Translations under genes and position numbers: made by a program
In this document: piece by piece, positions 1-8,830 of the stretch
Layout of the letters: the number at the start of each line of letters is the position of its first letter
How positions within the stretch are numbered: the stretch's first letter is position 1
NCBI RefSeq assembly: GCF_000092105.1
Contig: NC_014148.1
Coordinates: forward strand, 270,001 to 302,000
Source: Planctopirus limnophila DSM 3776
Lineage (GTDB): Bacteria; Planctomycetota; Planctomycetia; Planctomycetales; Planctomycetaceae
Length of the DNA: 32,000 bases
Direction of reading: 5' to 3'
The notes under the pieces: generated by a model
Databases searched by the model: none
What the model was told of the DNA's origin: nothing
Seen by the model: the letters and a program-made list of their open reading frames with translations, nothing else

Positions 1-1
1 G

Positions 2-574
2 CCTCCTGCACTGCAGGGAAGTGTGAGTGCCAATCGTGCATTACGTGCAATACCAAAAGACAGTCCATCCGATTTCGTGGCAGAAGCGTCTATACCGAGC
101 GACGCTGTCGTGACGGCTCATGTGGTGCAACATGATGTTCCGGAAGCGACATTGCAGCCGCTTTATCTTCCGGGAGTCGAGCAGCTTGGAACTGAAATTC
201 GGACTCGGGGTGAACATGTTCAGTCTGTTGCCGCTTCGAAAACAGAAACTCTGCCCGAAGTACGGGGCCACGATGATAAGCAACCAGCGCGTTCAAAACT
301 GAATGTCGATGCCATTGGTGAATTCGAGCAGTTGGTGGTGAAGTCCGACAGTGCCGAATTGGCATCGAGTCAGAGTCGAAGCAACCAACTGATGACCTGG
401 GTTCCCTGGGTCTTGGGAATTCTCGTAGCGCTGGGCGCAGGGTGGGGTCTGGCACGCAGCACAGGCCGATCTGTCGAAGTGGTGGTTTCGAGCCATTCCG
501 CCTCTGCCGGTCATATCTCATCAAGCGAAACTTCGGGATCTGCCTCCCGTGAGTCGGCTCCGAGCGAACGGTAA
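2..574 (+). CDS. Hypothetical membrane-anchored protein, possibly 5'-truncated by the window edge
   Basis: ORF track 23..574 (GTG), but the frame stays open back to base 2, so the true start may lie upstream of the window. One predicted TM helix (WVPWVLGILVALGAGWGLA) is followed by a Ser-rich tail. The competing minus ORF 90..674 is Arg/Pro-rich and looks like a shadow frame. Confidence 0.4.
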   Translation, partial: PPALQGSVSANRALRAIPKDSPSDFVAEASIPSDAVVTAHVVQHDVPEATLQPLYLPGVEQLGTEIRTRGEHVQSVAASKTETLPEVRGHDDKQPARSKLNVDAIGEFEQLVVKSDSAELASSQSRSNQLMTWVPWVLGILVALGAGWGLARSTGRSVEVVVSSHSASAGHISSSETSGSASRESAPSER

Positions 575-786
575 TCATTACCGTGCCATCAGTTCGGTCA
601 CAAAACCAATGATCGGCCGGCCATGAATCTGGCGAGGCCGACTGCGTCCTTTGGCCCGCTGGCGGAAATGTCATTCCTTTTTCAGAGACCAGCCTCTTTT
701 CGTCAACGCCTCATCGGGAATTGTGGGCTAGGTTCCTTGTAACGAGACATCAGATTGTGGCTCGATGAATACAGGGAGTGAAAGAG

Positions 787-1152
787 ATGGCCACGGATCC
801 GTGGGGTCGACCGACCTTGCACGATTTGAAAACAGTCATTGAGAGTTTCGAAAAACTCGATGGTGCGAACTCTCGCAACACTGAGCGGATCGAACTGGCA
901 GTGCCAGCCGAGATTACCACCCGGCGTGGAAATCTCATTCCCGCCATGACTCGTGAAATCAGTCGTTATGGCGTGGGATTATTGCATAAGGGGTCACTCA
1001 ATCCCGGTGATGTCCGTCTCAAAATGGCCAGTGAAACACGCGAATACACCTATAGCGTGGCCATTGAATGGTGTACCCCCGTGGAAAACGGCATGTTCAT
1101 CAGTGGCGGTCGATTTCTCGGCAAGCCCGAAGTGAGCGACGTCGAAAACTGA
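787..1152 (+). CDS. Single-domain PilZ protein (putative c-di-GMP receptor)
   Basis: RxxxR motif (RNTER) lies 22 aa upstream of a (D/N)xSxxG-like motif (EISRYG), which is typical PilZ spacing. Length is about 120 aa. The ATG at 787 has GGGAG upstream; the ORF track begins at GTG 778. Confidence 0.55.
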   Translation: MATDPWGRPTLHDLKTVIESFEKLDGANSRNTERIELAVPAEITTRRGNLIPAMTREISRYGVGLLHKGSLNPGDVRLKMASETREYTYSVAIEWCTPVENGMFISGGRFLGKPEVSDVEN

Positions 1153-1169
1153 GATGGATGCCTCACGGG

Positions 1170-1214
1170 TTGATCAAAACACTGGCGACTTGATCAAACT
1201 CGGTCAACTTGATC
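1170..1214. repeat. Three phased copies of palindromic TTGATC(AA) in a convergent spacer
   Basis: TTGATCAA at 1170-1177 and 1190-1197, and TTGATC at 1209-1214, spaced 20 and 19 bp. The copies sit between the PilZ stop (1152) and the stop of the minus-strand gene (1232). Confidence 0.6.
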
Positions 1215-1231
1215 TGGCATAAATGGGTTGC

Positions 1232-3004
1232 TCAGTTCGGAGGGACGACCAGCCTGTCTCGTGGCCCGACTTCGAGCCGATCATTCCGCATGCTCGCGGG
1301 GCGATGAGTTAAGTACCAATCGAGCCAGGCTTTCGTGGAGAGCTCCTGCCATTCTTCCCGGGGGCTGCGATAGCGAGTCCCGTTCGAACGCTCCGCCCTT
1401 CGGAGAGTATGCCGGGTGGGATCAATGGCCAGTCCTGCAATACCGGCAGGCTCGCTGGCAATGGTACAAAGTGCCCGGCTCGCTTCGAATGCCACATCCG
1501 AGTTCTCATCGGAGAGTCGCTCGATCAGGAGCGGGACAGGTTCCAGTTCCCCTGTTTTTCCCAGCGCCCAGCAGGCTGTTCGGCGAATCTCATCACGAGG
1601 GTCCTTGACGAGTCGCTGCAGCAGGTCAAGTTTTCCGACAAGATCGTCGCGATTGCCGAGTTGAAACTGCGCCACAATCGCGGCCTGAGCCTTGGCCACA
1701 TCCTGATCAGAAAGTGATTTGGAAAGGCTTTTCAGGGCTTGATCTGCCAGCTCGGCTGATGTTTTGGGATCTTTGGGTTTATCAACCAGTTGTGCGGCCA
1801 AATCGCGTCCACCAACCAGAATACCACCGCCGACACCGGGTGCAGCGCCTTCTCGTTTGAAGAGTGATTCGGTCGCCTTGCCCAGAAATAGCAGCGAGAG
1901 GCTGGTGGCTGGCGAAAGTCCGGAAGAATCACGCCAAGAGCCATCGGTCGCCTGATTCTGAATCAGCCAGCGGGCACCGGCGTCGTACCAGTCAACACCG
2001 GCAATTTCTTCTTTCGCAGACAAAGCTGCGTACCGCTCAATCGCGTAGAGGTAATAACAGGGAAAGTCAGCCGGCATCCCACGCTGAGCCAGGCGTTCGA
2101 GTGCGCGAAAGTTTTTGTCAATGCTGGCATCGAGAACTGACAATTCGAGACGGGTCGGCCTTACGACCACCACAGCCTGATTTTCTTCGGGAGGAGCTTC
2201 GGGTCTGACAGGTTCGAGAACTCCAAAACGCTTGCCAATCGAGGCATCGAGGCGACGAGTTTTACCAGCGGCAGTTTTTCCGAAGAGAATCAGTCGAACA
2301 ACCTGCAAGCTCCCGCCAGCCGCTGCTGTCATGGTGGCCTTGGTTTCCGTCGCACCTGTGGCTGTGGGATGATAACCCGAGCCGCCATCGGCATTTTGTG
2401 TCTGCTGGTGCCATCTGGCGGCGCCTTCCCAGGCGTCTGTCGGAATCGTCACTCCGGCTCGATAGGCAGCCCAAAGTCCTAGTACGCCATATTGCGAAAT
2501 ACTGGTGTCGCCATAAATGTCAGTCTGCGAAGGGTAATACCATCCTCCGTGGGCTTTCTGCTGAGCAATCAGATAGTCAGCAATCAGGTTTAAGCTCGGT
2601 TTATCGCTGAGATCGCCAGCCGCTTCGAGCAGCATCGCATCGACTGCAGCCGAATAAATGTGGTGCGAGGCAGGCAGATAGCGATTACCTCCGCATCGTT
2701 TACGCACATCGGCCAAGGCGTCGGCGACCTTCTTGTCACTCAGATCCGAACCTGATTTCAGCAGTGCATAGCCCGTTAAAGCCAGAGAGGCCTGATCGTC
2801 AGCACTTGTCTGAAGGAACGTTCTGGCTCGCTTGATCGCTGTCTGAACTTCGCGAGATTGAACCGTCAGCTTGGCGGACGGTTTGTCATCGGCTGAATTC
2901 GCCTGAGGGAAGGAGGTGATGAGAAAGCAGCCAACTGTCAGCCATTTCAGGACAACAGGGCACCACCCACTGTCTTTCAAATGTTGAAAAGGTGGTGCAG
3001 CCAT
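1232..3004 (-). CDS. Secreted prenyltransferase/terpene-cyclase-like (alpha-alpha toroid repeat) protein with C-terminal HEAT repeats
   Basis: Hydrophobic signal-like N-terminus (WCPVVLKWLTVGCFLITSFPQANSA). Aromatic/Gly repeats of the prenyltransferase/squalene-cyclase type (HGGWYYPSQTDIYGDTSISQYGVLGLWAA; DGSWRDSSGLSPATSLSLLFL). HEAT-like C-terminus (DPRDEIRRTACWALGKTGELEPVPLLIERLSDENSDVAFEASRAL). AGAGG lies 7 nt before the ATG. Confidence 0.6.
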   Translation of the reverse strand: MAAPPFQHLKDSGWCPVVLKWLTVGCFLITSFPQANSADDKPSAKLTVQSREVQTAIKRARTFLQTSADDQASLALTGYALLKSGSDLSDKKVADALADVRKRCGGNRYLPASHHIYSAAVDAMLLEAAGDLSDKPSLNLIADYLIAQQKAHGGWYYPSQTDIYGDTSISQYGVLGLWAAYRAGVTIPTDAWEGAARWHQQTQNADGGSGYHPTATGATETKATMTAAAGGSLQVVRLILFGKTAAGKTRRLDASIGKRFGVLEPVRPEAPPEENQAVVVVRPTRLELSVLDASIDKNFRALERLAQRGMPADFPCYYLYAIERYAALSAKEEIAGVDWYDAGARWLIQNQATDGSWRDSSGLSPATSLSLLFLGKATESLFKREGAAPGVGGGILVGGRDLAAQLVDKPKDPKTSAELADQALKSLSKSLSDQDVAKAQAAIVAQFQLGNRDDLVGKLDLLQRLVKDPRDEIRRTACWALGKTGELEPVPLLIERLSDENSDVAFEASRALCTIASEPAGIAGLAIDPTRHTLRRAERSNGTRYRSPREEWQELSTKAWLDWYLTHRPASMRNDRLEVGPRDRLVVPPN

Positions 3005-3365
3005 TCGTCGCCTCTTTAGAAATTTACTTGGTGCAAAGCTGCTGATACGACGAGCCTGTCGATCTGTGATGTCATGTCAAGGTCGCGGTATTGCACCGTT
3101 ATATCTCTGAACTCTGATCATACGGCTCCACGCCTGACAGGCAACCAGCGGTTTCAGCAACAAAAACGTATTCTCAGGAGTGAATCAGCAAGAGTGACTT
3201 CGTAGCAGTTCACCAGTCCGAACGCATTCCTGAAAACCAGGTGTCCAGTCTGGTTGGGGCTTTGACATCCTGAGAGTAGAAGCTCATACCTCTTCTCAAG
3301 GGGATGGGCTTATTCGTATTATTCGGAGGCAATAAGAACGTCACAAGTAATTGTTTTGAAATAGC

Positions 3366-3710
3366 TTATGTCTTGCATATCAGGGCTTGCGGGGGATTGC
3401 TATGGGGATGAACATCATTCCTGAGGTTATTGTTACGGAGCTTGCGACGCGAAGAATCAGCAAAGAACATGGACTGCAGTCCACTTGACGTGACGGTTTT
3501 TCCGACGATGATCCCTGTATTGGGATTCCAGTCTCTCGATGGAGGATTATCGATTCGAAGAGAGTTCTGGAAATGGACCGGCTGAACATGAGGTGATGCC
3601 GATCCATGATAGTTGGTTGGGCAGGTTCTGAGACAATATTTCTTAGCTTGAGCGACTTGTTTCCTCTTCAATTCTGAATGAGTGCTTGTGAACTCAAGAA
3701 AAGGGATCAT
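3366..3710 (-). CDS. Doubtful ORF in a gene-poor region (hypothetical or decayed remnant)
   Basis: This is the only ORF over 100 aa in 3005-4280. AGGAG abuts the ATG with zero spacing, which is poor RBS geometry. There is no recognisable domain, and local composition is AT-richer than the neighbours. Confidence 0.15.
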   Translation of the reverse strand: MIPFLEFTSTHSELKRKQVAQAKKYCLRTCPTNYHGSASPHVQPVHFQNSLRIDNPPSRDWNPNTGIIVGKTVTSSGLQSMFFADSSRRKLRNNNLRNDVHPHSNPPQALICKT

Positions 3711-3793
3711 CTCCTGAAATCTGGCCCAAGGTATTTTTGAGAGAAATGGAGTTCTCGCGAAGAGTGTGAAAAGACGATGCCCAGACTGCCAGG

Positions 3794-3827
3794 TTCTGAA
3801 ACTGGATTTAGAATTTCAGAAACTGGA
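3794..3827. repeat. Direct repeat TTCNGAAACTGGA x2 with 21-bp period
   Basis: ttctgaaactgga at 3794-3806 and ttcagaaactgga at 3815-3827. A third GAAACT lies at 3847-3852, overlapping an ATG at 3845. Confidence 0.55.
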
Positions 3828-4280
3828 ATGATGGGTTGTCAGCCATGAAACTCAGTCGATCTTTGTACCAAGCTCGACTCCAGCGGATCATCAACGCATG
3901 GCCAACTTCCGACGGATTCAGAATTGCTGTGCTGATTTCTCGACAGCTTCTCGGCAGCAGCCTCAGATCGGAAAACGTCCCGCAGACGATTGGAGGCACC
4001 TGACCTCTGACTGGTTGGCAGACCTCTGGCGGAAGTTGTTTCCGCAAATGATCCCTATCCCGATCCGCACGAAAGAAAATCCAGTCCCTACCCGCCGCCC
4101 GGATGGAGTTGCACGCTCTGGTTCAGTGGTTTGGCCTTAACAAGATTCCAACTGATCACTGGGAGATTTCCCACGATGACTTGGATCTCTTCGTTTTTTG
4201 AATGGTTCTTCAAGCGGTCAGTGGCGTGTGTTGAGGTTTTTCCGCAGCCAGGTTGCTTGAAATTTACGGGATGGATTTGA

Positions 4281-6314
4281 GTGAGTTCTGCGGGCCAGCC
4301 AACAGTATCCTGGGATGAAATCAAAGAGCAGGTGCGTGCTCGGACAGATATTGTCCAGCTCATCGGCGAAACGGTTTCTCTCCAACCTGCCCGAGGTGGT
4401 CGCACATTTCAGTGTCTTTGTCCTTTTCACGATGACCACAATCCTTCCATGCAGGTGAATCCGGAGCGGCAGACCTATCGCTGCTGGGTGTGCAATGAAG
4501 GGGGAGACTGCTTCTCGTATGTGATGAAGCACGACAATCTCAGTTTTCCGGAAGCGTTGACTTTACTGGCTGAAAAAGCAGGGATTGAGCTGCCACGCCG
4601 CAGTCGAAACGAAGCCGGCTTTGGGGAATCCTCAGGTCCGAAAAAGAGCGATCTGTTTGATGTTCTCGTGTGGGCTTCTCGCGAGTTCCAGCAATGTTTG
4701 AAGAGTTCTGCGCTCGGGGCACCGGCCAGAGAATATCTGGCTTCGAGGCAGCTCAAACCCGAAATTGTCGAGCAGTTTGCGCTCGGCTATCACCCGGACG
4801 ACTGGCACTGGCTGCAGGAGCGGGCTCGTGGCCGTTTCTCCGTTGATTCTCTCGCCGTTGTGCGCCTCGTGGGGGCTCGAGATAACGGCCCTGGCCATTA
4901 TGACTTTTTTGTCGACAGGCTGCTCTTCCCGATTTGTGATGAACGCAGCCGACCAGTCGCGTTCGGCGGCCGGATTATTCCCGGTCGGCCCGCAAAGGAA
5001 GATGCTCCCAAATATTGGAACAGCCCGGAGAGCCCGCTGTTTTCCAAAAGCCGTCTCTGTTATGGCCTCGATCAGGCACGGGAGGCGATTCGCCGCACGG
5101 AGACTGTCGTGGTGACAGAAGGCTATATGGATTGCATCAAAGCCCATCAACATGGGCTGAAAAATGCCGTGGCGACATTAGGCACAGCACTCACTGAAAA
5201 CCATGTCCAGGTATTGAAGCGTTTAGCCCGAAAATTTGTGTTGATTTATGACGGTGATACTGCCGGATTGAATGCTGCCGAACGTTCGTTGCCGCGATTT
5301 CTGGCTCAAGACGTCGATTTACGAATCTTGACGCTTCCGGAAGGTCTCGACCCTGACGAATTTCTCGAAGCGAAGGGGTTGGCGGCTCTCGAACAGGCGA
5401 TTCAGGAAGCTCCCGAGGCATTGGAGTTCAAGCTCCGCCGATCAATTGAAAGGTTTGGCACCGGAAGTGTGGATGCCCGTCAGCGTGTGACGGATGAACT
5501 GCTGGAAACCATGGCTCTTTCGCCAGGACTTGCGGGTTCTGTCCGTGAGAGAAATCTGCTTTCCAGGCTCACTTCCCGGCTGGGATTGAGTGAATCGCTC
5601 CTGCAAAAGCGATTACGCGACCTGCGCGTCGAACAGCGCTTCAAGAATGTTTCTCAGCCTCCCCGAAAAGTTGATCCAGCCGAATCATCGATCATTGACG
5701 ACGAAAGACCGCTTCAGGAGCAGGTCAATTCGCTTCAGAGATCGACCGCCGGAGACGATCTGCTGGAAAGCGAGTTCTTCCGCCTGTTGCTCCAATCACC
5801 GGATGATTTTCTATGGGTAAGCCAGCGAGTTGGTTCCGACGACTTCCATCACCCTGCATTCCGGCACCTGTGGTGTGTGTGCCTCGATGTGGTCGAACAT
5901 GGACTGTTGCCGTCGTTTGAACTTTTGTTGGCACAAACCGAATCACCCGCCCTCAAAGGACTTCTGGCGTGGCTGGGAGAAAGCCACCTGAGTGCGGCTG
6001 AACTGCTGAGCCTCCAGGAATCGGCCGGAGTGATAGCGTCCACCAGCGAGCTGGAAAACTGGGCAGGTCAGCCAGGTTCAGCGGGTTCTGTAGCCGACCC
6101 AGGAGTTCGACGGCACTTACTCAGCCAGTTGACAGACCGATTGGTGCTCCGCAGAGAACTGAACTTGCATAAAGCACGCCGTATGGAACGTGGAGAGGCC
6201 GGGGCGAAATTGAATCCGTCAGCGAAAGATGTTTTGGCACAAGCCATGCTTATTCATCGAAAACGAGCCGGGGGCATGCAGAACAATCCCCACGAATCAC
6301 CTTCCGGGGCGTAG
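4281..6314 (+). CDS. dnaG: DNA primase DnaG
   Basis: CHC2 zinc finger CPFHDDHNPSMQVNPERQTYRCWVCNEGGDCFSYV. TOPRIM motifs VVVTEGYMDC and LIYDGDTAG. The 677-aa length is typical. GTG start. Confidence 0.95.
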   Translation: MSSAGQPTVSWDEIKEQVRARTDIVQLIGETVSLQPARGGRTFQCLCPFHDDHNPSMQVNPERQTYRCWVCNEGGDCFSYVMKHDNLSFPEALTLLAEKAGIELPRRSRNEAGFGESSGPKKSDLFDVLVWASREFQQCLKSSALGAPAREYLASRQLKPEIVEQFALGYHPDDWHWLQERARGRFSVDSLAVVRLVGARDNGPGHYDFFVDRLLFPICDERSRPVAFGGRIIPGRPAKEDAPKYWNSPESPLFSKSRLCYGLDQAREAIRRTETVVVTEGYMDCIKAHQHGLKNAVATLGTALTENHVQVLKRLARKFVLIYDGDTAGLNAAERSLPRFLAQDVDLRILTLPEGLDPDEFLEAKGLAALEQAIQEAPEALEFKLRRSIERFGTGSVDARQRVTDELLETMALSPGLAGSVRERNLLSRLTSRLGLSESLLQKRLRDLRVEQRFKNVSQPPRKVDPAESSIIDDERPLQEQVNSLQRSTAGDDLLESEFFRLLLQSPDDFLWVSQRVGSDDFHHPAFRHLWCVCLDVVEHGLLPSFELLLAQTESPALKGLLAWLGESHLSAAELLSLQESAGVIASTSELENWAGQPGSAGSVADPGVRRHLLSQLTDRLVLRRELNLHKARRMERGEAGAKLNPSAKDVLAQAMLIHRKRAGGMQNNPHESPSGA

Positions 6315-6371
6315 AATTTTTGAGACGTGAGATTTTTTGAAGAAAATCAGAGATCAGGAAGTGCCGCACTT

Positions 6372-6442
6372 GAACCCGTTTTGCAACAGGAATTACCAAT
6401 TTGCAGAACTTGCAACATCAGAACTGCTTGCAACTTCCGAAC
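6372..6442. repeat. Cluster of GAAC / TTGCAAC short repeats in the dnaG-rpoD spacer
   Basis: TTGCAAC at 6381-6387, 6410-6416 and 6428-6434, plus TTGCAGAAC at 6401-6409. GAAC at 6372, 6406, 6421 and 6439. TTGCAA is itself palindromic. Confidence 0.6.
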
Positions 6443-6984
6443 AGACGGAAAAGTGAAGATCATAATTCAGAAGTTCAATTCAACTCGATCCGACAGTGCG
6501 AAAGGGAGGATTCATAATTCGCTGACATGAAACGATCTGTCTCTCTCAAGCAATAGATAGAGAGAACGGGTTGGCATCGCCAAAGATATTCTGTCAGTCC
6601 ACTAAGGACAGGCTTCGATCCTCACTGATATAAACATAACGAAAGCTGGTGTTTTGTGTTGATCGAACCTGTTGCTACTTAGAGAGTTCGTTTGATTTGA
6701 CCGTGTGATGAACGCACGGTGCGATTTTCCAGGGATGGGTCATGTCTGAGGGGGATGTTCGGCAAAACAAACATTGAGCAGCAGGCATGTGGCTCTTGTT
6801 CCAAAAATCAGTGGACAAGTTGATGCAGCGTGTTGGTTACGGGTTGTCGGGCATCCATGACACATGATGTGGAATTGAGAACTCTCTGGAGGGAGGCAAA
6901 ACCTCCAGAGTTTGTCGTTCAGCATCACAAGTTGGAAATAACATTCGGGTTTGTCCCGAATCATGACCAGTTGAGGAGAATTCT

Positions 6985-8637
6985 GTGCATCGACTTGATC
7001 AAGGCCTGCATGAGTTAATTGTTCGTGGGAAAAAGCAGGGCTTTCTGACGTATTCACAGATCAACGACTATCTTCCGGATGAAGCGATGAATCCGGAGAA
7101 GCTCGACGAGTTGCTGGGATCGATCTGGGAAGAAGGTCTCAAGATCGTTACCGATGACCAGGTGGGGATGATTGTCGAGGAGAAGAAGAAGCCGCGGACT
7201 CGTGCCAAGAACGGCAAGGAAGTTGTCGTCGAAGAAAAGTCGAAGAAGATCGACGACCCCGTGAGAATGTATCTCACTCAGATGGGTGAGATTCCCCTGC
7301 TGACTCGTGAGAAGGAAATCTCTCTCGCCAAAACCATCGAAGTGACTCGCAATCAGTTTCGCGAAGAGCTTCTGGAATGCGATTACGCACTGAAGATGGC
7401 ATTCGATACGCTCTCGAAGGTCAACAGCGGAGAATTGCCTTTCGATCGCACCATTAAAGTCAGTGTGACCGAATCCAAAGAGAAGAACCAGATTCTGGGG
7501 CGCATGCCTCACAACCTGAAGACGATTGAAAACCTCCGTAAGCAGGCGATTGGCGACTTCGAGAAATCGATTGATGCCAATGCCTCTTCCGATGAGCGTA
7601 AAGAAGCTGAAAAGCAGCACCTCAAGCGTCGCCGCAAGATGGTCAAGCTGATTGAAGAACTCAGCCTGCGAACTCAGCGTCTACAACCCACCATGAAGCG
7701 GCTGGAGCAGATCTCCCGCCGGATGTGCGACCTGCAGCGTCAGATTGACAGCCTCAAGCACCTGAAAAGTGCTCGCGACGAACGTGCCAATATCCACAAG
7801 GAATTGCACGATCTGATGATGATGACGCTCGAAACGCCCGAAGGACTTCGTCAGCGTGTCGAACGAGTTCGCGAACGCTTTGCCAAATACGAACAGGCAA
7901 TGCGTGATCTCTCGGGTGGTAACCTGCGACTGGTTGTTTCGATTGCCAAGAAGTACCGCAATCGTGGTCTCTCCTTCCTCGATCTCATTCAGGAAGGGAA
8001 CACCGGCCTGATGCGTGCCGTCGATAAGTACGAGTATCGCCGGGGCTACAAATTCAGTACTTACGCGACATGGTGGATCCGGCAGGCGATTACCCGTGCG
8101 ATTGCCGATCAGGCCCGCACGATTCGTATTCCTGTCCACATGATCGAAACGATGTCCAAGCTCCGTAAAGTGGCCAAAAAGCTGCTTCAGGAGATGGGCC
8201 GCGAACCAACCCTCGAAGAAACCGCTGAAGCCGCTGGTGTTTCTCTCGAAGAGACTCGCCGCGTTATGAAGATTTCGCGTCATCCGATTTCGCTGGATCG
8301 TCCGGTGGGCGAAAGCGAAGACAGCTACTTTGGTGATTTCATCGAAGACGACAACACCGAAAGCCCTGTGATGGCCGCCACACAGGAGATGCTCAAGGAC
8401 AAGATTGATAACGTCCTCAAGACGCTCACTTACCGTGAGCGGGAAATTATCAAGCTGCGATACGGTCTTGGTGACGGCTACACCTACACTCTTGAAGAAG
8501 TCGGCCGCATTTTCAAAGTCACTCGTGAACGTGTCCGCCAGATTGAAGCCAAGGCTGTTCGCAAATTGCAGCACCCGGTGCGCAGCAAACAACTAAAGGG
8601 TTTCCTCGATGGCCTGATGATTGCCGTCGCCAAATAG
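6985..8637 (+). CDS. rpoD: Primary RNA polymerase sigma factor (sigma-70, RpoD)
   Basis: Region 1.1 ([15 protein letters not shown]). Region 2 ([56 protein letters not shown]). Region 4.2 ([30 protein letters not shown]). GAGGAG lies 6 nt before the GTG start. Confidence 0.97.
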   Translation: MHRLDQGLHELIVRGKKQGFLTYSQINDYLPDEAMNPEKLDELLGSIWEEGLKIVTDDQVGMIVEEKKKPRTRAKNGKEVVVEEKSKKIDDPVRMYLTQMGEIPLLTREKEISLAKTIEVTRNQFREELLECDYALKMAFDTLSKVNSGELPFDRTIKVSVTESKEKNQILGRMPHNLKTIENLRKQAIGDFEKSIDANASSDERKEAEKQHLKRRRKMVKLIEELSLRTQRLQPTMKRLEQISRRMCDLQRQIDSLKHLKSARDERANIHKELHDLMMMTLETPEGLRQRVERVRERFAKYEQAMRDLSGGNLRLVVSIAKKYRNRGLSFLDLIQEGNTGLMRAVDKYEYRRGYKFSTYATWWIRQAITRAIADQARTIRIPVHMIETMSKLRKVAKKLLQEMGREPTLEETAEAAGVSLEETRRVMKISRHPISLDRPVGESEDSYFGDFIEDDNTESPVMAATQEMLKDKIDNVLKTLTYREREIIKLRYGLGDGYTYTLEEVGRIFKVTRERVRQIEAKAVRKLQHPVRSKQLKGFLDGLMIAVAK

Positions 8638-8677
8638 CGAGTCGATTTCAGCCTGTTGAACGTATTTTCCGATGATA

Positions 8678-8720
8678 CTCAGGCCGCAGAAGTGATCCCT
8701 TCTGTGGCCTGAGCTTTTCG
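8678..8720 (+). terminator. Rho-independent terminator after rpoD
   Basis: A 15-bp stem, ctcaggccgcagaag (8678-8692) paired with cttctgtggcctgag (8699-8713), contains one G-U pair and a 6-nt loop. It is followed by CTTTTCG. Confidence 0.65.
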
Positions 8721-8830
8721 CTGGGCGTGATTTCCCACTTTACGAGTAATCAGTCCCTGTCGGGAAATCTCTCAAATCTTGGAAGCCTTGCAGGAAAGTC
8801 AACACGGCGCCCAGTTGCTACAATTTCGGC

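Noticed and set aside
3366-4405. Possible decayed DUF1559 (H-X9-DG) gene: FFADSSRRKL in ORF 3366..3710, FMADNPS in ORF 3808..4047, and a terminal HPGGG in ORF 4088..4405
   Set aside because: The motif fragments lie in different frames with spacing inconsistent with H-X9-DG. The His position is not conserved and there is no prepilin-like N-terminus. The resemblance is too weak to call a pseudogene without blastx.
6327-6530. 67-aa ORF in the dnaG-rpoD spacer with repetitive CRTCNIRTACNFRT
   Set aside because: The peptide repeat is just the translation of the TTGCAAC/GAAC DNA repeat. There is no RBS, and a DNA-level element is the more likely explanation.
6585-6640. tRNA-like fragment (ctgtc..gacag stem followed by ggcttcgatcc, reminiscent of a T-arm)
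   Set aside because: The would-be anticodon loop is 11 nt rather than 7. No acceptor or D-arm pairing could be built, and the T-stem does not close.
7681-8592. 303-aa ORF on the minus strand, fully inside rpoD
   Set aside because: It is antisense to an unambiguous sigma-70 gene. Its composition is typical of a shadow frame and it has no motifs. Long antisense ORFs of this kind are expected in stop-poor reverse frames.
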